Part shown: one piece after another, positions 8,189-15,630 of the stretch
Layout of the letters: each line of letters begins with the position of its first letter
How positions within the stretch are numbered: the stretch's first letter is position 1
DNA from: Betaproteobacteria bacterium
Lineage (GTDB): Bacteria; Pseudomonadota; Gammaproteobacteria; Burkholderiales; SG8-39
NCBI GenBank assembly: GCA_016713125.1
Contig: JADJPT010000007.1
Coordinates: forward strand, 29,198 to 93,197
Direction of reading: 5' to 3'
Length of the DNA: 64,000 nt
Notes under the pieces: generated by a model
Told to the model about the DNA's origin: nothing
The model's input: the letters and a program-made list of their open reading frames with translations, nothing else
Databases searched by the model: none
Made by a program: the position numbers and the translations under genes

Positions 8189-9565
8189 ATGGCCAAGAAA
8201 CCCAACCTGATCGTGATCCTGATCGACGACCTGCGCTTCGACGAAACCAGCGCCACCGGTCACCCGTACATGCAGACTCCGCACATCGACCGGATCGCCA
8301 GGGAAGGCGCGATGTTCACCAACGCCTTCCACACCACGCCGCTGTGCTCGCCCAACCGCGCCTCCATCCTCACCGGCCAGTACGCCTCGCGCCACGGCAT
8401 CATCGACAACGTCGGCCGCGACATCGCCAGCCACCGCCTGGACAACTTCAACCTCGAGCTGAAGAAGCTGGGCTACGAAACGGCGCACGTCGGCAAGTGG
8501 CACATGGGCAACGATTCCTCGCCGCGCCCCGGCTACGACCATTGGGTCAGCTTCAAGGGCCAGGGCCAGCTCGAGAACCCTATCCTCTGGGAGAACGGCG
8601 GCGAGCACCAGGTGCAGGGCTACATGACCGACATCCTCAACCAGCGCGCCGTGGATTTCGTGAAGAAGAAGAGGAAGGCGCCGTTCTCGATGTTCTTCGC
8701 GCACAAGGCCGTGCACCCGGACCTGATCCAGAATTCCAGCGGCGGCATCGACGCCGACTCGATCGGCGGCTACACGCTGCCCGAGCGCCACAAGACGCTC
8801 TACGAAGGCAAGACCTATCCCAAGCGCCCCAACATGCTGCCGCTCGAGGAGGTCGCCCGGGACAAGCCGGCGCTGAAGATGCTGTTCGAGGCGCGCAAGG
8901 AACCGGTGTCGCGCGACATCCTGGCCGCCATGGACGGCGGCACGCAGGAAGAGATCAGGAAGCGCGCCGCGATGATGGCCTCGGTCGACGAGGGCGTGGG
9001 CATGCTGCTCAAGGCGCTCGAGGAAACCAGGCAGCTCGACAACACCTGCATCATCTTCCTCGGCGACAACGGCTTTTTCTTCGGCGAGCACGGCCTCACC
9101 GTCGAACGGCGCTTCGCCTACGAGGAGGGCATACGCACCGCCTTCTTCGTGCGCTACCCCAAGCGCATTGCCGCGGGCGCGAAGTTCGAGCAGATGATCC
9201 TCGCCATCGACATCGCGCCCACGCTGATCGAACTGGCCGGCGGCAAGCCCGGTGACACCGTGCAGGGTCGCTCGCTGCTGCCGATCATGAAGGGCAAGGC
9301 GAAGAAATGGCGCCAGTCCTTCCTGTGCGAGTACTGGAGCGAAGGCGCCTGGCCGTGGATCGTCGGCATGGGCTACAAGGCGGTGCGCACCGAGCGCTGG
9401 AAGTACATCCACTGGACGCACCACCAGGGCATGGCCGAACTCTACGACCTGCAGAACGACCCGTACGAGATGAAGAACCTCGCCCAGGACCCCGCTTACG
9501 CGAAGGACAAGGAGGCGGTGAAGAAGGAACTGCGCAAGCTCACCGCCGAGGCGCTCGGCATCTAG
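8189..9565 (+). CDS. sulfatase (formylglycine-dependent arylsulfatase family)
   Basis: 458 aa. N-terminal PNLIVILIDDLRFD and the C-x-P-x-R signature CSPNRASILTGQY. No recognisable signal peptide. Confidence 0.8.
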   Translation: MAKKPNLIVILIDDLRFDETSATGHPYMQTPHIDRIAREGAMFTNAFHTTPLCSPNRASILTGQYASRHGIIDNVGRDIASHRLDNFNLELKKLGYETAHVGKWHMGNDSSPRPGYDHWVSFKGQGQLENPILWENGGEHQVQGYMTDILNQRAVDFVKKKRKAPFSMFFAHKAVHPDLIQNSSGGIDADSIGGYTLPERHKTLYEGKTYPKRPNMLPLEEVARDKPALKMLFEARKEPVSRDILAAMDGGTQEEIRKRAAMMASVDEGVGMLLKALEETRQLDNTCIIFLGDNGFFFGEHGLTVERRFAYEEGIRTAFFVRYPKRIAAGAKFEQMILAIDIAPTLIELAGGKPGDTVQGRSLLPIMKGKAKKWRQSFLCEYWSEGAWPWIVGMGYKAVRTERWKYIHWTHHQGMAELYDLQNDPYEMKNLAQDPAYAKDKEAVKKELRKLTAEALGI

Positions 9566-10677
9566 GCCGCGGCCACCAGCGCGCGCACACCGCCGGCGGC
9601 CGTGCCGGTCGTGCCAACGCTGCGGTTGCGCGCCAGGCGCGCATCCACCAGCGCGACGATCTCGTCGAGCACCGCGGAGCCCATGCCGCGCTGCGCGGCG
9701 ATGCGCCGCACCAGGCCGTCGACGCGCTCGATGTTGGCCGCGCCGCCGAACAGGGCGCGCGCCGCCGACGAGGGCTTGCCCAGGCCGGCGGCCGCCGCCG
9801 CGTACTTCTCGAACGGCACCAGGTCTTCCGGCGCGGCGCCCAGCCGCAGGCACAGCGCCGACACCCAGGCGTACACCGCGGCCGAGGTGGCGAGGTCGCC
9901 GTGCACCGCCTCGCGGATCGCCAGCATGTGGTCCGGGCGGATGCAGCGGTAGTTGCCGGCCAGCAGCATCGGCCACTTGGCCAGCGGCACGAAGGCCGAG
10001 TCGTGCACCTTGAGCTTGACCGGGATCTCCAGCGCGCCGTCTTCGCTCGCGTAGCGCGCGGCCTCGATGCCGGCTTCCAGTTCGCGCAGCAGCGCGGTGT
10101 GCGCCTCGCCGGCGAAACGCGCGGCCTTGAAGTTGGTCGGCAGGCCGACCTCGAGCACGTTCTTGGGCGCATCGGCCGGCCGGAAGGCCTGCGGGTCCGG
10201 GCTGGCCAGGGTCATGTTGGCCGGGTCGAAGCCGTCCCACACCGAAGCGTCGGCGTAGCAGGCGCGCAGCGCGCCGGTGTCGAGTTCGGGGATGCGCGCC
10301 AGGTAGGGCAGGGGCGGCATGTTCATGATCGCCAGGCAGGGCGTGCCGGCGCGCGCGATGCGCGCCATCAGCTCGCGCACCCCGGGCGCGCCGTACTGCG
10401 CCTCCTGCATGCCCAGCACCACGAGGTCGAAGCCGGCCGGGTCCAGGGCCGGGTCTTCGGGGGTGGCGGCGCGCAGCGTGCCGGGCAGGTCGCGCGAGGC
10501 GATCTCCACCAGGCCGCCCTTGCCGCGCAGCGGAAACCGGGTGCGGCTGCCCTCGCGATTGATCAGCTGGGCCGTCGGGCCGGTGCAGACCAGGGTCACG
10601 GCCTGGCCGGCCATGAGCAGCTTGGTGGCCAGCAAGGAACCGTAAGAAGCTCCGAGAATCAGGATGTTGCGCTGCAT
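9562..10677 (-). CDS. NAD(P)-binding ketopantoate-reductase (ApbA/PanE)-like oxidoreductase
   Basis: 371 aa. N-terminal dinucleotide-binding strand NILILGASYGSLLATKLL. Its tail overlaps the sulfatase by 4 nt (convergent). Confidence 0.45.
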   Translation of the reverse strand: MQRNILILGASYGSLLATKLLMAGQAVTLVCTGPTAQLINREGSRTRFPLRGKGGLVEIASRDLPGTLRAATPEDPALDPAGFDLVVLGMQEAQYGAPGVRELMARIARAGTPCLAIMNMPPLPYLARIPELDTGALRACYADASVWDGFDPANMTLASPDPQAFRPADAPKNVLEVGLPTNFKAARFAGEAHTALLRELEAGIEAARYASEDGALEIPVKLKVHDSAFVPLAKWPMLLAGNYRCIRPDHMLAIREAVHGDLATSAAVYAWVSALCLRLGAAPEDLVPFEKYAAAAAGLGKPSSAARALFGGAANIERVDGLVRRIAAQRGMGSAVLDEIVALVDARLARNRSVGTTGTAAGGVRALVAAA

Positions 10678-10747
10678 GGCTGTCTCCCCAGTCTGGTCGG
10701 CGGCGCCCGGTGCGGGTCGCGATGCAGTGCATCATAAGCTGCTGAGA

Positions 10748-10789
10748 ATGTGAATTTGACTGTGAAAATTTCACACTGTAAATTTCACT
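10748..10789. promoter_or_regulatory. operator array: three TGTGAAA(N)TTTCACA-type sites in the divergent promoter region
   Basis: A perfect 7-1-7 palindrome TGTGAAAATTTCACA (10761-10775) is flanked by TGTGAATTT (10749-10757) and TGTAAATTTCAC (10777-10788). It sits in an AT-rich island between divergent genes. Confidence 0.6.
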
Positions 10790-10818
10790 TAACACCTTGT
10801 GCACTGACGGAGCGCCCC

Positions 10819-12444
10819 ATGAACCAGCCCCTGCGCAACAGCCACTTCCTCGGCAGCAAGCTGCGCACGCTGCGCAAGCGCCACCGCCTGACGCTCGAAG
10901 AACTTTCGGCGCGCTGCACCCAGCTCGATCCGCGCAGCGCGCCTTCGGTCTCGTACCTGAGCATGATCGAGAGCGGCAAGCGCACGCCCTCCGAGGCCGT
11001 GCTCGCGCTGCTGTGTTCGCTGTTCCAGCGCACGCCCGAGTGGTTCCTCGACGGCAACACCGAGACCGAGCCGGCGACCGAGGCACGCCGCGCCGGCGCC
11101 GCGCCCGGCGTGCCGCTCGAACCGGCCTTCCTGTTTTCCAAGGACGTGCTGCAGGCGGCCATCCCCGAACTGCTGGCGCAGACCGGCACCACCGGCCGCC
11201 AGTTCGCGCAGCTGCTGATCCGTTCGCATCAGGAGATGTCGCAGAACGATTTCCCGGAACTCGAACGCGCGGCCGAGAACGTCGGCGGGCGGCGTTTTCC
11301 GCTCGACGTCGAAGACCTCATGGAACTCTCGCGCCGGCATGGCCTGGAAGTGCGCTGGTTCGACCGCGAGCCGGTGCTGCTGCAGGACAACGAGCGCGAG
11401 CTGCAGAGCATGCTGCGCTCGTTCTTCGAGGCGCCGCGCACCGTGTACCTGAACCGCGCACTGCAGCAGGACCCGGCGCGGCTGCGCTTCGACCTCGCCT
11501 CGTACATCGGCCACAAGGTACTGCACGACGGCGACGGCCTGCGCTCGGTGCACGCCTCCGGCGGCGAACTGGGCAGCAGCCCGGAAGCCGGCCCGCACGA
11601 TGCCGCGGGACTCAGCGCCCACGACGTGCTGCACGCCTGGCGCGACTTCGAGTGCAGCTTCTTCGCCGGCGCGCTGCTGGCGCCCAAGGTGCCGCTGCGC
11701 CGCTTCCTGGCGCGCGAGTCGTACCGCGTGGAGGCGGGCGAGCGCATCGGCCTCTCCGCGGCCGTGACCATGCGGCGCATGACCAAGGTCTCGCCGTATC
11801 CGTACTGGCACTTCTTCGATGCCTATCCGCCGGGCTACCTGCGCGCGGTCTACCGCGGCAACGGCATCCCGCTGCCCTGGGGCAACATGGCGCGCCTGCC
11901 CGACCCCTGCCCGCACTGGGCGGTGTTCCGCATGCTGCAGGAGGGCACCGGCGAGAACGCCGGCACGGACCGCGGTTCGCAGATCTCGGTACTGCGCCAC
12001 GGCGGGCAGTCGCTGCTGTACTGCTGCCATTCGCGCCGCACCGCGGTCATGGCCGGCAACCCGCACGTGATGTCGGTGGGCATCGACCTGCTGCCCGCGC
12101 TGCGCTCGCACGGCGTGGACGCCGAGGCCGTGGTCGAGGGCGTGACGCAGGCCTGCCTGGCCAACGGCGGCGAGGGCGTGATTCCCGCCGCCGAAGCCGC
12201 CGCGATCCGCGCCGCGGCCCGGGTGTTGAACATCGCCTGGGTGGAAGACGCGCTGGAGAAACCCGCCCGCATCATCTGCCCGAGAAGCTCGGCCTGCCCG
12301 CGCAGCGGACGCTGCGAGGGGGCGAAGGCCTCGCGGGCGATCGAGATCGAGGATGTCAGGGCTTCGATCCTCGGGCAGGTGGGGCGGGGCGGCGGCGGGC
12401 CTGCGCCCGTTGCGGCGAGGGCACCCCGCGCGCGTAACCTATGA
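10819..12444 (+). CDS. ScfR/PrpR-type short-chain acyl-CoA responsive regulator (XRE HTH + ImmA/IrrE-like + Cys-rich DUF2083-type domain)
   Basis: ATG at 10819 (MNQPLRNSHFLGSKLRTLRKRHRLTLEELS...). C-terminal cysteines CPHW, CCHS and CPRSSACPRSGRC. Confidence 0.65.
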   Translation: MNQPLRNSHFLGSKLRTLRKRHRLTLEELSARCTQLDPRSAPSVSYLSMIESGKRTPSEAVLALLCSLFQRTPEWFLDGNTETEPATEARRAGAAPGVPLEPAFLFSKDVLQAAIPELLAQTGTTGRQFAQLLIRSHQEMSQNDFPELERAAENVGGRRFPLDVEDLMELSRRHGLEVRWFDREPVLLQDNERELQSMLRSFFEAPRTVYLNRALQQDPARLRFDLASYIGHKVLHDGDGLRSVHASGGELGSSPEAGPHDAAGLSAHDVLHAWRDFECSFFAGALLAPKVPLRRFLARESYRVEAGERIGLSAAVTMRRMTKVSPYPYWHFFDAYPPGYLRAVYRGNGIPLPWGNMARLPDPCPHWAVFRMLQEGTGENAGTDRGSQISVLRHGGQSLLYCCHSRRTAVMAGNPHVMSVGIDLLPALRSHGVDAEAVVEGVTQACLANGGEGVIPAAEAAAIRAAARVLNIAWVEDALEKPARIICPRSSACPRSGRCEGAKASRAIEIEDVRASILGQVGRGGGGPAPVAARAPRARNL

Positions 12445-12514
12445 TGTCGCGCTGTGCCGGACGGCGAGGGCTTCTCCTTCGCCCCCGGGCACACGGCAAT
12501 CCTTCGGAGGAACC

Positions 12515-13681
12515 GTGCTGACGTCCGGAATCAAACGCTTCTTCGCCAGCGAGTCGGCCGGCGGCATCGTGCTGGCCATCGCGGCGCTGGCCGCGCTGAT
12601 CGTCAGCAACTCGCCGTGGAGCGAGGCCTACCGGGCGTTCGGCCGCATTCCCGGCGAGGTGCGCGTCGGCGAGGACTGGCTGGTCCTCGCCAAGCCGCTG
12701 GTGGTGTGGGTCAATGACCTGTGGATGGCGGTGTTCTTCTTCCTCGTCGGCCTGGAGATCAAGCGCGAGTTCGTGCACGGCGAACTCGCGCAGCGCTCGC
12801 AGGCGGTCCTGCCCGCCGTCGCCGCGGCGGGCGGCATGCTGGTGCCGGCCCTGATCTACGTGGCGGTGACCTGGGGCGACGCGGTGGCGCTGCGCGGCTG
12901 GGCCATCCCGGCCGCCACCGACATCGCCTTCGCCATCGGCATCGTGATGCTGCTGGGCTCGCGGGTGCCGGCCTCGCTGAAGGTCTTCCTCACCGCGGTG
13001 GCGATCCTCGACGATGTGGGCGCCATCGCGGTGATCGCGCTGTTCTATACGCACCAGGTTTCGCCGCTCATGCTGCTGGGCGCCGGCGCCTGCCTGGTGG
13101 CGCTGGCGGCGCTGAACCGCGCCCGCGTGATGCGGGCGGACGTCTACGTGCTGGTGGGCCTGGTGATGTGGACCTGCGTGCTGAAGTCCGGCGTGCACGC
13201 CACGCTGGCCGGCGTGCTCACGGCGCTGTTCATTCCCTCGGACGACGGCAAGGGCCATTCGCCCGCAGAGAGCCTGGAGCATGGCCTGCACCCCTGGGTG
13301 GCCTTTCTGGTGCTGCCCATGTTCGCCTTCACCAACGCCGGCGTGGCGCTGCGCGGGCTGGATCCGGCGGAACTGCTGAACCCGATCTCGCTGGGCATCG
13401 CGCTGGGCCTGCTGCTGGGCAAGGCGGTGGGCGTGTTCGGCAGCGCGTGGCTGATGATCCGCCTGGGCCTGGCCGCGATGCCCGGCGGCGCCAGCTGGAG
13501 CCAGCTGTTCGGCGTGTGCGCGCTGTGCGGCATCGGCTTCACCATGAGCCTGTTCATCGGCGGCCTGGCCTTCGCCGGGCTGGGCGAGGACTTCGAGACC
13601 CGCGTGAAGCTCGGGGTGATCGGCGGCTCGCTGCTGTCGGGAATCCTCGGGACGCTGATCCTGGCGCGGGCGAAGGATTGA
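12515..13681 (+). CDS. nhaA: Na+/H+ antiporter NhaA
   Basis: GTG at 12515, preceded by GGAGG. FFASESAGGIVL...LKPLVVWVNDLWMAVFFFLVGLEIKRE...AIPAATDIAFA are hallmark NhaA motifs. Confidence 0.9.
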   Translation: MLTSGIKRFFASESAGGIVLAIAALAALIVSNSPWSEAYRAFGRIPGEVRVGEDWLVLAKPLVVWVNDLWMAVFFFLVGLEIKREFVHGELAQRSQAVLPAVAAAGGMLVPALIYVAVTWGDAVALRGWAIPAATDIAFAIGIVMLLGSRVPASLKVFLTAVAILDDVGAIAVIALFYTHQVSPLMLLGAGACLVALAALNRARVMRADVYVLVGLVMWTCVLKSGVHATLAGVLTALFIPSDDGKGHSPAESLEHGLHPWVAFLVLPMFAFTNAGVALRGLDPAELLNPISLGIALGLLLGKAVGVFGSAWLMIRLGLAAMPGGASWSQLFGVCALCGIGFTMSLFIGGLAFAGLGEDFETRVKLGVIGGSLLSGILGTLILARAKD

Positions 13682-13688
13682 GGGCGTC

Positions 13689-13708
13689 CGGCGCCGATTC
13701 CGGCGCCG
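13689..13708. terminator. GC hairpin between convergent nhaA and the LysR gene
   Basis: CGGCGCCG-ATTC-CGGCGCCG (8-bp stem). No U-tract. Confidence 0.3.
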
Positions 13709-13720
13709 CAGCCTGCGGCT

Positions 13721-14650
13721 TCACCCCGCCGCCTGCCCCCGCAACCACTCCACGAATGCCTTGACCGGCCCGCGCGCCAGGGCTTCCTCCGAGGCCACCA
13801 TGTAGTAGGCATACGGCAGGGGCACGCGCAGGTCGAAAGGGGCGACCAGGCGCCTGGCCTCCAGCTGCGGGCGGGCCAGTTCTGGCGGGGCGGCGACGAC
13901 GCCCACGCCTTCGGCGGCGGCTTCCAGGGCCAGCACGGTGTGCGAGAGCTGCGCGCCGTGCTTGAGCTTCAGTTTGGCCGCGCCGGCGGCCTTCAGCCAC
14001 AGGTCCCAGAAGTCCATGCCGTCGTACAGGCGGCCCATGTCGTCGTGGATCAGCGTGTAGTTGCGCAGGTCCGCGGGCGCCAGGCGCCCGCGGCCGACCA
14101 GCTTCGGGCTGGCCAGCGGGGTCACCGTGAGCGGCACCAGCTTCTCCACATGGAAGCCCGGAAACTCGCCGTCCGAGAGCAGCACCGCCACGTCGGCGTC
14201 GGCCAGCCAGGCCTCGGCCTCGCGCCGCGATTGCGCGCCCACCGAGGTCGATTGCCGCGTGCGCGCGGTCACGCGCACGTCGATGTCGGGCTGTGCGGTG
14301 AGGAAGCGGTGCAGGCGCGGCATCAGCCAGCAGGTGGCGAACGACGGCGCCACGCTCACGGTCAGCGTCGAGCCGGCGCGGCTGTCGCGCAGTTCGCGCA
14401 TGGCCAGGCCGAGCTGCTCGAAGCCCGCGGCCAGGTGCGGCAGTGCGGCGCGCGCGGCATCGGTCAGTTCGATGCCGCGCGGCTTGCGGATCAGCAGCGC
14501 GCGGCCCGTGAGCTCCTCGAGCAGCTTGATCTGGTGGCTGACCGCAGCCGGGGTCACGTGCAGCTCGGCGGCGGCCTTCTTCACGCTCAGCAGGCGGGCC
14601 ACGGTCTCGAAGGCGCGCAGGGCATTCAAGGGGGGCAGGCGGTCGCTCAT
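13721..14650 (-). CDS. LysR-family transcriptional regulator (GcvA/AmpR-like)
   Basis: 309 aa. N-terminal LPPLNALRAFETVARLLSVKKAAAELHVTPAAVSHQIKLLEE. Confidence 0.85.
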   Translation of the reverse strand: MSDRLPPLNALRAFETVARLLSVKKAAAELHVTPAAVSHQIKLLEELTGRALLIRKPRGIELTDAARAALPHLAAGFEQLGLAMRELRDSRAGSTLTVSVAPSFATCWLMPRLHRFLTAQPDIDVRVTARTRQSTSVGAQSRREAEAWLADADVAVLLSDGEFPGFHVEKLVPLTVTPLASPKLVGRGRLAPADLRNYTLIHDDMGRLYDGMDFWDLWLKAAGAAKLKLKHGAQLSHTVLALEAAAEGVGVVAAPPELARPQLEARRLVAPFDLRVPLPYAYYMVASEEALARGPVKAFVEWLRGQAAG

Positions 14651-14671
14651 CGGGCACCCGGGAGGATTGAG

Positions 14672-14686
14672 ATTAGAAATTCTAAT
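14672..14686. promoter_or_regulatory. LysR-type T-N11-A box
   Basis: Perfect palindrome ATTAGAA-A-TTCTAAT, 22 nt upstream of the LysR start. A second inverted repeat, TTGTTGC-TGT-GCAACAA, lies at 14709-14725. Confidence 0.6.
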
Positions 14687-14801
14687 GCATTATGGGATAA
14701 ATAATCAGTTGTTGCTGTGCAACAAAGAGCGGAACATGCAGTCCAACAGCTTGAATCCGGTCAAACCCGGTTAAACAGATTAACCCTTAGGAGTCCTGAC
14801 C

Positions 14802-14975
14802 ATGAACAAGATCATCGCCGGCCGCATCGCCAACCTGCCCATCACCGAGGGCGAACGCGCCCAGGCGCTGGGCTATCTCGCCACGGGCGAGGCCTTCGCC
14901 AACGCCATCTACGCGATCCTCTCCTTCTTCAAGTCTTCTTCGTCCGCGACCCCGACGCTGAAGCACTCGCACTGA
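14802..14975 (+). CDS. 57-aa hypothetical protein (below the ORF-track cutoff)
   Basis: ATG 14802, preceded by AGGAG (14789-14793). Translation: MNKIIAGRIANLPITEGERAQALGYLATGEAFANAIYAILSFFKSSSSATPTLKHSH. Codons are GC3-rich. It is divergent from the LysR gene and followed by a strong terminator. Confidence 0.5.
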   Translation: MNKIIAGRIANLPITEGERAQALGYLATGEAFANAIYAILSFFKSSSSATPTLKHSH

Positions 14976-15028
14976 GCAGTTCGCGGCGCGCGATTTCAAC
15001 CGCTCGCCGCAGCTGACGATCTCCTCCC

Positions 15029-15082
15029 CGGGGCCGCAAAGGCCCCGTTTCTGAAGGGGCCTTCGGGCTCCTTTTTCTTTTT
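15029..15082 (+). terminator. tandem intrinsic terminator hairpins
   Basis: CGGGGCC-GCAAA-GGCCCCG (15029-15047), then GGGGCC-TTCG-GGCTCC followed by TTTTTCTTTTT (15056-15082). Confidence 0.65.
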
Positions 15083-15222
15083 GCGTTGCCGAAAGTGCGG
15101 GGCGGGAGGGCGCTGTCGAGTATGGCGCCACGTTCCGCTTCCCGCTGGGGTTGCCCGGAGCTCCGCACTAAGGAATTCCCCGAGTTGCGCGACGAGCGCA
15201 AACCGGTACCATCGCGCCTTCA

Positions 15223-15558
15223 ATGCGCCGCGAAAGCAAACCCGTGACCCTGCCGCAGGACTCCCTGTACGAAACCCTGGAGGTCAGCCCAAACGCCAGT
15301 CCGGCGGTGATCCGTGCGGCCTATCGCTGCCTGGTACAGCTCTGCCACCCGGACAAGAACCCCGGTGATGCCTCGGCGGCGGAGCGCCTGAGCCGCATCA
15401 ACCAGGCTTACGCGGTGCTCTCCGATGCGCAGGCGCGCACGCGCTACGACCAGCAGGCCCGCGACCGCCGCGGCAAGGGCCGCACCGCCCCCGTCGCCCA
15501 GCCCAAGCCCGACGCCGAACCCAAGCTGCGCCCGTTCGTCTTCCGCAACCTGGGCTAA
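15223..15558 (+). CDS. stand-alone J-domain (DnaJ-like) protein
   Basis: 111 aa. LYETLEVSPNASPAVIRAAYRCLVQLCHPDKNPGD...INQAYAVLSD contains the HPD motif. Confidence 0.8.
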   Translation: MRRESKPVTLPQDSLYETLEVSPNASPAVIRAAYRCLVQLCHPDKNPGDASAAERLSRINQAYAVLSDAQARTRYDQQARDRRGKGRTAPVAQPKPDAEPKLRPFVFRNLG

Positions 15559-15599
15559 CCGCAGCAAAAGCCCCCTCAGCCTGGCTTTCCAGTATTGAA

Positions 15600-15630
15600 G
15601 TTGCAATCAGGCCGCAGGCCTTATTGCAAC
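15600..15630. terminator. 14-bp-stem hairpin between the convergent J-domain gene and boxB
   Basis: GTTGCAATCAGGCC-GCA-GGCCTTATTGCAAC (one mismatch). It overlaps the boxB stop codon. No clear U-tract. Confidence 0.4.

Noticed and set aside
15220-15606. Minus-strand ORF downstream of boxB, checked as a possible boxA remnant.
   Set aside because: It is antisense to the J-domain gene and its translation has no Fe-S or FAD/NAD-binding motifs. boxA is genuinely absent from this position.
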